Positions 12,141-25,029 of a stretch of 64,000 nt of DNA are shown here, in pieces (the stretch's first letter is position 1; every line of letters begins with the position of its first letter). The DNA is from Mobula hypostoma (taxonomy: Eukaryota): contig NC_086097.1 of assembly GCF_963921235.1 (NCBI RefSeq), forward strand, positions 72,294,001-72,358,000, written 5' to 3'. The position numbers were made by a program, and so were the translations under genes. The notes under the pieces were generated by a model. The model did not search any database and was not told where the DNA came from. It was given only the letters and a program-made list of their open reading frames with translations.

Positions 12141-12239
12141 CACCTCTTCCTACAGATGCTGCCTGGCCTGTTGCGTTCACCAGCAACTTTGATGTGTATT
12201 GTTAAATGAAGTGTATTTATCTCTTTGGGTCAACTTCTG

Positions 12240-13760
12240 TAATGTTTTTGTACTGTCCAGCCTCTCCTCATAGCTAATAGTTTTTCATCCAGGCCATATC
12301 CTGGTGAACTTCTTCAGCATCCTCCTCAAAGTCTACAAATCCTTCCTGTAACGTACGAACAGAATTGTATGTAATACTCCAAAAGTGACCCAGTGAATAT
12401 TCAACACAGTTGCAATTTGATTTCCTGAATGTTATCCTCAGCACTCTGACTGATGAAATCAAACTTACCAACCACCTTCTTGCCACCATCTACTTGTATT
12501 TCCACTTTCAGAAATCTATGGACTTGTATCTCAACATACCTCTCACATCAGTGCCCCTAAGGGTGCTGTTATTTCATATATACATTTTCTTCTTGTGCTT
12601 GACCTCTCAATATGCACCCCACATTTGTCCAGATTAAACTCCATCTGCCATTTCTCTACCTATACTTACAGATGGTCTATGTCCTGCAGAATCCTTTGAC
12701 AACCTTCCTCACCATCCCCAACTCCCATCAATTTTTGTGCCAACTGCACAATTCTTACTCAGACCAACTGCACCTTCCCCACATAATTCCAAACTGCCAA
12801 TTCCCTAATAACTCTATGCTTTTCCAGATGCATTTGAATCCTATCCCTGAGAATCTTCTCCAATAACTATACTGTGTAATTTGGATAAAATGTTATATTA
12901 CTACATCATAAATTGAAGAAAATCATTGGCCTCAGGCTTCCAGTCAGAGTAACACCCTTCCACCACTACCCTCTGTCTTCAGTGGCCAAGTAAATTTGAA
13001 TCCAATCTTCCAAATCTCCATGAATCCCATGAGCCTTGATCAGCCCCTCATGTATACAACATTCAAGTCCTTACCCTCATCAATCATCTTTGCACCTTAA
13101 AAGTTCAATCATGTTTGCAAGAAAAAGCCTTCCCCTCACAAATCTATGCTGCCTATTTCCTAATAAATCTATGCTTTTCCAGATGTGATTAGAAGCTATC
13201 CCTAAGAACCTTCTCGAATTGTTTGCCTACCACTGATACAAGAGTGTATAGATTTGATGTAGGGGTGATGTAAGCCTGTAATTTCCAGATTTGTCTCCAC
13301 TATCCTTCTTAAGGAGAGCATACCATTGACTATTTGCCGGTCCTCTGGGATTTCACCTGTGGCTAAAGAAGGTACAAAGATCTCTGGCAAGGTCCCAGCA
13401 ATCACTTCTCTTCCCTCTCCTGTGAATTTGGAATAGATCCCATCAGGCTCTGGGGACCTATCCAGCATAATGTTCCTCAAGAGCCCTAACACTTCCTCTT
13501 CTTTGCCTAATATTCTGGAAGAATATTAGTGTTATTCTTCCAGATCTCACAGTCCTCCATGTCCTTCTCATTAGTGAATACCAATGCAAAGTACTTGTTT
13601 GGTATCTCACCCACGTCTTCTAGTTCCTAGCATAAATACCCTCTTTTGTCTTTGAGTGGTTCTAACCTGTTCCCTTTTGTTTTCAATGTATGTATAAAAT
13701 GCATTGGATTCTCTTTAATTCTACTAGCCAAGGATATTTCATGGTCTCTTTTAGCTAGAA
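12240..13760 (-). mobile_element. Decayed CR1 LINE ORF2 fragments
   Basis: Reverse ORF 13202-13492 DRSPEPDGIY...SLATGEIPED is the CR1 SPGPDG region; downstream EYSLGHFWS resembles LEYCVQFWS. Confidence 0.7.
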
Positions 13761-16304
13761 ATTTCTGTTACTTCTAATTTTCCAATATTTGTTAGCATGT
13801 GAAATACTATCTTGATATCTGAGCCAAAATCACCCCCAATCTCTCCCAAAACCTATACTTCTGCCTGAAATGAAATGCAGGACTTGTGTCTGTTAAAGTG
13901 TAGTGAAACAATGCACAACATTTTTGCACTCTGTGTTCTAGACATATTGTCAAATTTACATCTTGTTGTGCCCAAAAACCGTTAGCAATTTTTGAGAGTC
14001 AAGCCCCTGGTGTGTACACTTCTATTTTACAAGCCAATCTAGTTAAATCTAATGACTAGGAGTAATATGTTTTACACATCCATGACAACCTTTATTGTTA
14101 ATACATAGCTTGTTAACTCAAGCAGTGCAATGCGCACATTAATTTTGCATCAGCTTTTCTGTACATCTGCATAAAAGTCATCATTTTGCTGCAGATAATA
14201 TTGACATACATTTTTTTCCTTTCCTCTGTGTGTGATACAAATAGGGAACTTTGTTATTCCAGATTCACCAGAGAATACCAAGCCATGTACGAATATTTAT
14301 GTTTTGTCAAAGTGAAATAAAATCTATCAGATACAGATCTTCAAGCTGAACACAGAGTAAACATTACCCTGACAAGAAATGTAATCTCTTGAATGTATGC
14401 AGAGTTTAGTAATAGTAATACCAGGAGGAATATGTAATACATCAAATTGTTAAATACATGAAGTTGCTAAAACATTAATCTCTGATAAACAGTCATAGTT
14501 TCATCTGACACATTTTGATTTCATAATAATTATGACAGATTAATTTGTATAAAAACTGATGTATAGTGTTATTCATCACACATGAAAAACCTATTTGTGT
14601 TATAATTTTTTTAATGCTATTGTTTTTTTTAGCAGAGTCGACCTATACATCCTTGTAGCTTTGCAAACTTTGCAAGCCATAAATAGATTTATTTCACTAA
14701 AGCTGGACTTTCATGTTCTTTCTACATTTTTCTTTACTTTTTTCAATCAGGTCAGAAGATCAAGCCCAAACTATTAGAACAAGTAAAAATATGAACATTT
14801 CTTGCTTATAACTTAATTTTGTCATGTATTCTATGGAAACTTAGAAATGAAAGCTTGTGTTATTTTTATGAAAATGGACTGCCTCCTCCCTTCATTTCCT
14901 GCATGTTAGAATTACATATTCCAGCAGCACCTCACAGATTGGCTGCTAAGTGCTCCAATCATCTTAATATTCAGCTTCTTAATAGCTGTCACCATCTACT
15001 TTAATGAGGTCCATTAAATTGCAAAAACCACTCAATATGGTTTAGTGTGAGAGCGCTGGAAATAGTAGGAAATGTTGATTGCCAAAAAATGAATAAATTA
15101 TAATTAGAATGAAGATCATGTGGCTTGCCATTGCCACTGAGCCTTGTCGCCAATAGAAACGGACTCTGCTCCATCTTGCTGAGAATCACAGACTGATTTT
15201 CTTTCGATATTTGAAAATACTAACTGTACAAGAAGACAGTTAAAATTGCTGCTGGTAAGCCCGCTACCTTTGTCATGGTATTTTCACAGTGTCAATAGCC
15301 TCTATAGTATTGCTAAGGCAAATATCAGCAATGGAGCTACCAATAAAACAAGCTTCTGTGAAGGAAATCAACTCTCAACTAACCACAGTGTCTCGTACAA
15401 AAAAAATCAGAAGCTGTGTCACCTGCTGCACTCAGCTTTAAAATAAACCTGAAACAAATATACAACTACTATTTCCTTTTAAATTAATAAATCCATACAT
15501 AAAATTACAATATTAGTTTACTATTTACAAATTTGAAATTCACAGATATACATACACTGTTAGAAAATGTAATCAGTTATAATTTCACTCAGTTACTGTG
15601 TCTCCTCATTAAAAAAGCTCTTCACATCTGAGGTATAATTAACAGCCCTGAAGTATCCAAACCAGGAACTGATGTGATCCATTGGAATTTTCTCCAGACA
15701 AGCTTCAAACACATCTGGCCTTATATTCTGTTCTGCAATTGTCATGCTCAGCCTGCCTTCTTCAGCATTCATAACTATGAACATAATGGTTCAAAATGAG
15801 CTGATGCTTGGCCTGCAGGTCCATAGAGAACAGCATCCAGACACAAAAGCACAGAAAGCATTCAGAATTGCACACATACACGCTCATTCCTTTAGACTGA
15901 ATCCAGGAGCATTCCATTAGCTGCTGAGCCAAGTGGATAGATATAATGTTCATCCAGCCAGCTCCTGTGGAGCTAGCATGGTTGGCCACCTTGGGGCACG
16001 GGTTAGGATCAATGCATTCTGGTTTATCAGCAGTCCTAATATCAACTGTTGGGGAAATTCAGTGTACACTTCCCTTCAGCTGTGTGAAGTGCAAAGCTGG
16101 GACAAACGCTCCAAAGATCAGACCATGTTAATAGTGAGAGGAGCACCAATCATACGTCATGCTTTAATGACCTACTGCAGAACTGGCTGTCTCTTTGTGG
16201 AATACACCAGACAGTCTTTGCTTGAGTTCTAATTGTGACTGCCTTCGTTTAATTCTATTTCCAGTGCATCGGTGCTGTTTCCTGCGCTCTTACAAAATTC
16301 AAAG

Positions 16305-16510
16305 ATTTTGTTACCATTGCTGTCAATTTCAACCCTACTCTCACCTTAAAATGGTCCATCTCTGATTCTTCATTTCCCTTCTGAATCTCTCCAGCTCCAT
16401 CTCAGGCTAATTATAAGCAACAATTACATGCCCTCAGAGTCCCACAGCTAGCTGGCCTGTACTTCATCCCTCTCTATCCCCTGCAGAGCTCCATTTCATT
16501 CTCCTAGTCT
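16305..16510 (+). mobile_element. Highly decayed PLE RT fragment
   Basis: aatttcaaccctactctcaccttaaaatggtccatctctgattc resembles 10853-10900 (NFHPALKFTWSISD). Confidence 0.5.
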
Positions 16511-17836
16511 TGCTTTGGTGATAAATTGTTGTTGAAGTTATATGCCGACGGCTAGACAGATGGAACACAAGCACAGGAACGTGAATGGTGTGTAATGCAA
16601 GACTATGAGAAATTACAATAAACACCAACATAATCTTAAGGAATCTCAGCTCATCGTCCATTTGGGCATGTTGCAATCTTCTGAAGTCAATATTAAGGGC
16701 AAGAGCCTCGGGCAACTCACTTTCTTTAATCATGTCAGTACCGGCCAGTCTGCTGCAGGTCACCCATCTGTAATAACAGGTCAGTTCTTTCCTTCTCCAT
16801 TGATATGGCCTGAGCTGCTCAGATTCCTCACAGCTTTGCAAAACACCATTCAATATCCTTTGTCTGTGTTCCAGCTCCCCAGCTGTTGCCAGTAGCCTAA
16901 CTACCAGACAACCTCATCAAGTGGCAGCTTTATCACCCAAGAAGTCCTGGCCTCAGCCTGTCAAAGATATTCCTTTGGTTTTAACCATCCTCATTACAAC
17001 TTAAGCATATTGTTTTCTTTCTTTCTTGTCTGATAAGGGTCCTTCACTAAAGTGCTCATCTTCCAACAGATGCTACTTGACCTGTTGTTTTCAGATTGTG
17101 AATTAGTTCTCAGCAGATGACAATAAACAAGTTTTTAAACCAGTGCTGAAATATATCAGAATTATTGAAGTTTCATTTACAATACAAAATAGCAATAAGT
17201 CCTCAATGAAAATTTGCCATATCAGTCATGATACACTCAAAGCAATAGGTTCAGTATTTGTATGTGTTAGCTTTTAGTAAACTACCTAGCTGTACCCACT
17301 GCACTGCACCTTCCCTGTGGCCTTACAAAATTCTCCTTTAAAGGAATATATCCTATTGCTTTTAGAAGTCATGACCGAATTAGCAGCAACTAACCATCTG
17401 TGTGGTGATAATATCATTCTAGATCATAACCATCCACAGCTAAAAATAAAATTCTCAATTCCACAGCCTCACTCATTTCTTTTTTGCCAATTGTTCATCA
17501 GTAGTGTCATCGGATTACTGACCCTGCAAGTGAAAATTCTTTCTCTTGATTTACTTCTGAACACCTCTATTAAATCTCCCCCTAAGCTTCTCTGCCTTAA
17601 AGATAAATTCCAGCCACAAATCTTTCCACATAACTGAAGTGCCTCATCCTTGGTATCATTCTAATAAACTATTTTTTTGTACTTTCTCCAAAGACTTGAC
17701 ATCAAATGTGCCCAGAATTTAACAAATTGCTCCAGCTGTGGTTCTAACCAGTTATTTAAAAATATTTGACGTAATGTCACTGTGTTTGTATTACTTGTTT
17801 CTATTTATAAATACAAGGATCACCTTCAAATATCTG

Positions 17837-17931
17837 CAACACACATATAAGTTGCTGGTGAACGCAGCAGGCCAGGCAGCATCTCTAGGAAGAGGTGCAG
17901 TCGACGTTTCAGGCCGAGACCCTTCGTCAGG
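17837..17931 (-). mobile_element. Minimal PLE insertion (hammerhead plus tail only)
   Basis: 15-bp TSD accttcaaatatctg (17822-17836, 17932-17946); 5' end falls within hammerhead stem I. Confidence 0.9.
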
Positions 17932-17933
17932 AC
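17898..17933 (-). ncRNA. Minimal hammerhead ribozyme
   Basis: Reverse complement gtc-CTGACGA-agggtctcggcct-GAAAC-GTC-gactg. Confidence 0.8.
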
Positions 17934-18476
17934 CTTCAAATATCTGTTCATGTGAAATCATGTTTGTCTAGCTATGAACCCTTTTAAAATGACCTACCCT
18001 TTTAAAATTGAATATTTAATTTATGTTGCCTTTGTGGAATATTGGTGCCCAGCCTAAATGAATGGCTGCTATGTGAGACAGAATTAACCCTGGAAAAGCA
18101 GATACAGATATGTGAAGCTGTGGAGCTATCTGCAGCCGGGCTGGAATTGTTGGCTAGCCAACAAGAGGAAGTAAGTACATGTGGTGAAACACAGGCCAAA
18201 AGACAGAATAGAGAAACCACAGCCAAAATGACTTGTGTGCTTCAAATAACATGCGCGACAACATGAGCAGCTGAAGAGGAAGTTTGCTGCGGTTGGGAAT
18301 AGTGCGAATGACAGGGATGATTTCTAAAAGCAATGCATGATGAATTGGGCATAAAGATCATGGAATGGGCAAGATGAGTCAAGCAGGGCAGAGACGGGAT
18401 GGGATGCACAGTTCAGCTGAACATAATGTACTAATACCTTTGGAGAGAGCACCCAGTCAAAGTTTCATTGCCAAGA

Positions 18477-18799
18477 GGAGACACAAAAGACTGCAGATAC
18501 TGGAACTTTGAGCAAGAAACATACTGTTGGAGGAACTCAGTGGGTTGATCACTATCTACGGGGGAAAGGTATTGTCAACATTTCGGGCACTGCTCCCACT
18601 CTGTGATTTCTACTGCTCTCCTGTTCTTCAATTATATTCTTACCTGCCACCCATCATCGGCCTCCTGTCTCACTCCTCCCACTCTCTCCCTTCTCAATTC
18701 TCAGTTATGCTGCAGGATCTGGACACAAAACATTCCTCATTCCCACCCTCCCACAAATGCGGCTCCTCCCGTTGAGTTCCTTGAGCAGTTTGTTTTACA
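18477..18799. mobile_element. Old two-tailed PLE insertion
   Basis: Minus tail 18481-18588, plus pyrimidine-rich UTR and tail to about 18797; decayed TSD tttcattgccaaga / tttcagtaccaaga (18463-18476, 18800-18813). Confidence 0.6.
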
Positions 18800-19199
18800 T
18801 TTCAGTACCAAGATGCTGGGGCCAAGGAATTTCAGCTTCATTTGGGAACTTCACAGAGCATCCTCCCAAAGCAAGTCCTCTGTCTCAAGTTATGTGCTGC
18901 TGATGTGCTGTAAAATCATGCTGGGGTGTGCACATCCAGAGAGTCACAGAATGATTTCAAAAGATTTTTAAAAAACGGTTTTACAAATCCATACCAGCTA
19001 AGTATACTGTAACTTCAATCTAACTGGTCTCAAACTCAGCCCTCTCCCCATCCCTCTGCAAGTTCTATCCTTTCAGACTCCTACTCAGTTCCCTTTTGTG
19101 TCATACTCTCTGCTTCTATAAAACCCGAAGCACTGGGTGGTTCCTTTAACCAATTTCTCAACATGCCCTATCACTTTTTGACAAAATGAAATCATACTG

Positions 19200-19700
19200 T
19201 ACACCCAGAGGCCACTTCATTAAGAACCTCCTGTAGCTAACGAAGTGTATATTTGTGGTCTTCTGTTGCTGTAGTCCATCCAATTCAAGGTTCAACATGT
19301 TGTGCATTCAGGATGTGTGTGGTTATTTGAATTACTCTCTCCTTCCTGTTAGTTGAACTAGTCTGGCCATTCTTCTCTGAACTTTCTCATTAACAAGACA
19401 TTTTTGCCCACAAAACTGCTGCTCACTGGATGTTTTTTGTTTCCCACACCCTTCTCTGTAATTCTAGGGACTGGTGTGAATGAAAATCCCAGGAGATTAG
19501 CAGTTTCTGAGATACTCAAACCACTCTGCTGGGCATCAACAATCATTCCATGGTCAAAATTCCTTCCCCATTCTGACATTTGATCTGAACAACAACTGAA
19601 TCTCTTGACCATGTCTGCATGCTTTTATACATTGAAATACTACTGCATGATTGGCTGATTAATTGAATTGTACTGCTGCATGATTGGCTGGTGACCATCA
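19200..19700 (-). mobile_element. Non-autonomous Tc1-like element
   Basis: Reverse ORF NFDHGMIVDAQQSGLSISETANLLGFS is a Tc1 transposase HTH N-terminus; end cacccagaggccacttcattaag resembles a Tc1 TIR. Confidence 0.7.
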
Positions 19701-19718
19701 AGTAAATACCAAATAATT

Positions 19719-20211
19719 TTAGATTAGATTATGAGGACAAGCAGTCCTCTTTTCTTGTCATTTAGTAATGTATGCATTAAGAAATGATACAACGTTTCTC
19801 CAGAATGATATCAAAAAACACATGATAAACTGACTGAAAATCTGACAAAAAACACATAATTATAACATATAGTTACAACAGTGCAAAGCAATACCATGAT
19901 TTAATAAAGAACAGACCATGGGCACGGTAAAAAGTCTCAAAATCTCTCAAAAGTCCCATCATCTCACGCAGACGGTGAACCTTCAGCACCGCAAACTTGC
20001 CGATGCAGCATCCTGGAAGCATCCGACCACACTCCGACTCCGAGTTCGTCCGAAAACCCCGAGCCTCCGACCAGCTCTCCGACACCGAGCACCGAGCACC
20101 ATCTCTGCCGAGCGCTTCGACCCCGGCCCCCGGCAACAGGCAATAGGCAAAGCCGAGGATTTGGGGCCTTCCCCTCCAGAGATTCTCGATTGCACAGTAG
20201 CAGCGACAGCC
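19719..20211 (-). mobile_element. Non-coding retroposon (SINE-like) with (TAATC)n tail, 5'-truncated
   Basis: Clearly homologous to 53552-54050; ends in ttagattagatt repeats. Confidence 0.7.
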
Positions 20212-20329
20212 TGAATTTTCTATTCTTCTGGTCTTTTTAGAACTGGCCTTTTAGTTCATGTTGCCTCTTCTCATTCCCACTATAAACAAAATGTCTCATA
20301 TTGTTTATAAAATTATACAAGGCTTATTT

Positions 20330-20640
20330 AGTATGAGAGTAGACAGCCAGTATCTTTTTTTCCCCGGGTTTGAAATGTCTAGTACTCGAGGGTAGGCACT
20401 TAAGGTGAAAGGGAGAAGTACAAAGGATATGTGCAACGAGTGGAGGTGGCCTGAAATGCACTAGATGGTGTTAGAGACAGACAGAGTGGGACATTTAAGA
20501 CACTATCAAGCACATGAATATAGAGAAGGGAAAGATATGGTCAATGAGGGATGAGATTTATTGAAAGTCATTGGTTTAGCTTTGTGACCTAAAGGGCCTC
20601 TCCTGTGCTTTACTGCACCATGCTCTATGTTCTATGTTCA
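20330..20640 (+). mobile_element. CR1 3' end remnant
   Basis: aagggcctctcctgtgctttactgcaccatgctctatgttctatgttc tail. Confidence 0.6.
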
Positions 20641-21419
20641 TTTCTGATCATTAAAGTTCACCTGCCAATGATCTGCCCGTTCCCCCTGCCTATCTTTATT
20701 GCTCCACTAGTCTATTGCCACCTACCTTACAGTACATAACACCTACATGTTTTGTGACATCTCCAAATTTGGAAAATATGTATGTACACCAAGGTCCTTT
20801 AATAAATAGTAGAAAAATCACAGTCCTAATATGGTGTCCTGGGGAACTTCAGTATATGTTCCCTCTAACTTGAGAAGCAAATTTTCACTATTGATATTTG
20901 TTTCCTGTTACTTATTCAATTTTCAACTTGTGCCGTTACAGCCTCTTTTATTCCACATGCTTCAATATTGTTTGCAAATTTATAATGAGGCATCTTATCA
21001 ACAAGATTTTCCACTATTACTGGCAGCTAAAACTATACAGCAGATGGGAATGGTAAGTGTACACCCTGACAGGATCATGAAGATTGCATCAGTATTAGCA
21101 GTTGCTGGATCCACCCAGTTTGCAGGAAAATATTATTAATATATTTCTTGACACAAAAATGTAAAGGATGGCATAGTCCTGAAAAGGCATGGAGTTCAAG
21201 GCAGTTGTTTTGACTGTTCATCATTTTTCCTCCTTGTTGTTAATTAATAAAAGAGTGTAACATATGTCATGGGCAGTGTTGTTTCGTATCACTTGAAGAA
21301 ATTTATTGCTATCTCTCTCTCTTACCAGACTGGTGTGGAACACAATGAAAGCTGGTGACCTCTGTGAAAGGAAGGCAGAGTAAGAATGCTCCCTGACACT
21401 GTGAACTTACTTGCAAACA

Positions 21420-21830
21420 TATGGTGTGGGAGTAAGCCATTCAACCACTCGAGTTTGCTGGGCCATTTAGCAAGATCATCATGGCTGATCTGACAGGAAA
21501 CTCATCTGTGCATTCTCATTGACCTCCCCAACCCTATCAAAAATCTACCCACATCTGTCTTAAATATATTCAAAAAGTTCTAAAGACTCAATGCCTAAAA
21601 TCTCTGCAACTGTTTCCAGTGTTTTATCATAAATAAGGAAAGCAATACTGCACACAGATATCCAAATGCAGTCTCACCAATATTCCATCTAACTGAAGCA
21701 TAACCTCCCTACATAAGTATTCAATGTCAGTAGCAACAAATGATAATTTCCTGTAGGCTATGCTAATTAATTACTTTTACCTGCATCCTAACACTTTTCA
21801 AAGCATGCATGAAAGCATCCAGATCCCATT
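21420..21830 (-). mobile_element. CR1 3' end remnant
   Basis: ggagtaagccattcaaccactcgag...gatcatggctgatct reverse tail; aatactgcacacagatatccaaatgcagtctcacc encodes an LVRLHLDICVQY-like motif on the minus strand. Confidence 0.55.
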
Positions 21831-22136
21831 TATTTAATAAAAACCCTTTTTGTTAATTTAACTTACTAAACATTTTCTAAAATCTTATAGAAAGATTCTG
21901 AGATAAATATTTCAGGCTGACATCTTTAATTGTACCTCAGGGATTGTGGTATTTGCAAAACTAAGTCTTCACATGTATTTGACTTGAAACTTCTTGTAAT
22001 TCTAGACCTTGTTTACTGCTTATCCTGTAGATTGTATTATACTTTTAGATGTGGTTGTTCAAGGCGAGATAGCTTAAGAGAAAGATCGCGATGGAGGTTT
22101 TCAGATTTTTATTTTATTTTGGAGATTTATGATAAG

Positions 22137-22327
22137 TGTTATGTTTTTGTGTATATTTTGACTCTATCGAACTTCCCTGTGTGTGGTGTACTGAATGTAA
22201 TGTAAGAGGGCATTCTGGGTAGTTAACTTACAAGTAAAATAAATTGCTCCACGTTTGTTCCTCACCTCTCCAACTCCTGTTTGTGTTATCCACGGCCACC
22301 CTGCTTCCCACTACCACGTACATAACA
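22137..22327 (+). repeat. Gypsy 5' LTR
   Basis: TGttatg...cataaCA with internal aataaa; similar to 27435-27633. Confidence 0.8.
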
Positions 22328-22329
22328 AC

Positions 22330-22340
22330 TGGCAACGAGG
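22330..22340 (+). promoter_or_regulatory. Primer-binding site, probably tRNA-Ser(GCU)
   Basis: tggcaacgagg, 2 nt after the LTR; one mismatch to TGGCGACGAGG, the complement of the vertebrate tRNA-Ser(GCU) 3' end. Confidence 0.7.
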
Positions 22341-24320
22341 TGATAAGTCCTCACACGATATCTATTATTTTGTTCCCTTCAGCAAGAAAAGTTTGTGTGC
22401 AACGCTGATGGTGTACCGCTATGTTAGGTGGGTGAACAAAAAGAAAATGGCCATAGGAAGTGTGTGGTGAGCGAAGAATCTGAGGGGAGAGAACGAAAAC
22501 AGGAAAACTAAATAAAACATATAAGAGAGGGGGAGGGGGGGATAAGACTAATTAACTTTTCTGGAAAGAGATTGTGTTTAAAAATGGCAACAATGTTTGG
22601 AAGTATGTGTCAGTATTTCAGAACAACAGAACAATGGAGAAAGATTTAAAAGTTTTGCACTGGTAAACCAAATTTCAGGTGATATTCATGTCCAACTCTT
22701 CTGACCGTGATGGGTGGAAAAACTTTTAATTTATTACACCGTCTAGTGCAACCAGCTAAGCCTGGTGATGAGCATCATGAGGTCTTAGCTAAAGTCTTAA
22801 AGGACCACTATTCACTAAACCTTTGATTATTGCTGAGATTTTTAGGTTTCATAAAAGGAATCGAGAGGAAGGTGAGTTTATTTTACAGTTTGTGGTTGAA
22901 CTGAAGCAATTGTCTGATCACTGTGATTTTGGACTGTCGCTGAATGACACATGACATGATAGACTCGCATGTGGTCTGCATAGTGAGGCAATTCAGAAAC
23001 ATTTGCTTACAGAAGACAGACTAACATTACAGAAGGCAATTGAGATTAGTACATCTATGGAGATGTCACCTAAAGAAGAATAGCAGTTAAGTGTATCTTC
23101 CCAAGTTCATAAAGTTTCTACTGACTTTAAGAATAAGGCATGTATTGGCAATCATTGTTAACTTTGTGGAAAAACTGGGCATTCAGCAAATGAATGCTGG
23201 GATAAAGATTTAAATTGTCGAAGCTGTGGCAAAAAGGACATATTAAAACTATTTGTAAAAGTAAAAAGACACTGTCAACCAAAAACACTGCAATTAAGAA
23301 AATTGACTTTTGGAAAAAAAAGGAAACGTGAACAGGATGGAGCATACTGAGGACAGATTGAGTGATTTTCACTCCATTGTTGAAGAAGCTTTTTATGCTT
23401 TATTTATTTCCATATACAAAGATGGCTACCAGGTGACCCCATGGTTGGATGTGGGCCACGGTGCGGTAGCAGATAGACATGGATGTTGCAGTATTGCTGG
23501 TGTCAGAGACGGTTTACCAGGAGAAATTTCAGCATCTCACCCCCAGAAGGGGCAAGGTCGACTTTAAAGACATACATTGGTGGGATTGTCCCAGTGAGGG
23601 GAGTAGTACATGTTACAGTGGCAATTAATGAACAGAGAAAGAAACCTCCACTGCACATTGTTAAAGGTAGTTACCCAGTGCTTTTGGGATGTTAGTGGGT
23701 GGAGCAGCTCAAACGCAACTTGCATTAGGTACACTTGATTGGTGGGAGCACTGGTCTACAAGATGTATTGAAAAAACTTGCAGAAGTATTCATTGTGGAA
23801 CTGGGCAGTATGAAAAGAATCCCTATTAAGTGGGCTGCTAATCCAACACAACACACAAATGCCTGAAAGTAAAACCTATTCCATGTGTCCTGAAACAAAA
23901 GATAGAGGCTGAATTGGAAAGACTGGCCCAGAGTTGGTATTGGAACCAGTGTGTGTAAGTAAATGGGCAACTCCAGTGGTTCCTGTCCTAAAAAGGGATG
24001 GGTCTTTAAGGGTCTGTGGAGACTTCAGGGTAACCATTAACCAGACTCTTAGGGCTGAACAATACCCTCTTGTCCTCATTAATGACCTTGTTTTTGAAGA
24101 ATTGGCTAGAGGACAGACACTTAGCAAGACTGACTTGTGTCAAGTACTGCATGTGGAGCCAGGGTCCCAGGATAGGTTGACCATAGTGACTCACAAAGTA
24201 ACATTCAGATGCTGAAGGCTTCCATTTGCCATTAACTTGGCTCCTGCACTTCTCAGCAAGCAATGGACCAGATCCTGAGCAGGTTTACAGGAGTGCAATG
24301 TTACTTGGATGACTTACCCA

Positions 24321-24929
24321 TGTATGGGGTCTTTTTTTTTGTATGTTAAATTTTAAATGGCTTCTTTGTTATGTTATACTGGGGAATGCTTCTCTGTTAT
24401 GTTAAATGCTGAGAAAGTCTCTAGCTAGACAGTTGTTTGGGTTAATATAGATAGCAGAGTGCTATTAGCCAATGGGTGTTCATGTATCATTCTTTTTCGA
24501 ATGATAATGCTGTCTTATATGACTGGGGACGGAGATTTTGGCGGGGAGTCAGAGGAGAGACGGAGAGGATGGCGGACATGCGGAAAGGCTCCGGTCAATA
24601 ACTTCAGGAGGTCTCGAGCCGTGAGTCGACAGGATCCGGGTGGTCACCAGGAATTGACTGAGCTCCAACGGTTGCGCGCGAAGAACTTGGACTGTGATAA
24701 GTCTTGGCACATTTTTTTCACTACTTCCTTTTCTGTATCGAATTTATATTAATGTCATAGACTTAGTAATATCTATAAAGTGCACTTGGTAAAATGTACT
24801 GGGTGTGCTGGCTGATGACTGATGTTTGGGCTTGATTCGGGCGACAACCGACTCCGTGGGAAGCGTTGAGGCAGGTGCTGGGTGGGATTTCCCCTAGACA
24901 TATACAAGCCAATATAACAGAACATTACA
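24321..24929. mobile_element. Solo LTR of a second LTR retroelement inserted just after YLDD
   Basis: TG...CA termini; 4-bp TSD ccca (24317-24320, 24930-24933); removal restores YLDDLPITGKNE. Confidence 0.8.
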
Positions 24930-24978
24930 CCCATCACTGGGAAAAATGAGTGTGAGCACCTACAAAGCCTGGATGCTA

Positions 24979-25029
24979 AACACAAAATAATCTGCAGATG
25001 CTGGGATCAAAGTTCCTCCAGCACGTTGT
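24979..25029. mobile_element. 51-bp two-tailed PLE micro-insertion
   Basis: 14-bp TSD aagcctggatgcta (24965-24978, 25030-25043); minus tail aacacaaaataatctgcagatgctgg plus plus-strand piece gttcctccagcacgttg. Confidence 0.8.

Larger units (their letters stand above)
7291..12202. mobile_element. Two-armed (head-to-head, tails-out) Neptune-type Penelope-like insertion
   Basis: Minus-strand arm 7291-10473, filler 10474-10488, plus-strand arm 10489-12202; whole unit flanked by 15-bp TSD taaatgaagtgtatt (7276-7290, 12203-12217). Confidence 0.92.

Noticed and set aside
7291..12202. RT next to near-identical repeats, suggesting a DGR, retron or telomerase-like system
   Set aside because: Eukaryotic context; RT motifs, Cys linker, GIY-YIG domain and hammerhead identify a Penelope-like element; no adenine-specific variation evident
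2921..12209. Numerous 60-190 aa ORFs repeated at several loci (for example MLVNAAGQAAS..., MAFNILARPDAD..., MKVGGKVNKV...)
   Set aside because: Antisense or off-frame translations of the PLE arms and UTR; they recur because the DNA is repeated
15593..16232. Cluster of short ORFs, faintly Harbinger-transposase-like
   Set aside because: No convincing catalytic motifs, TIRs or splice structure
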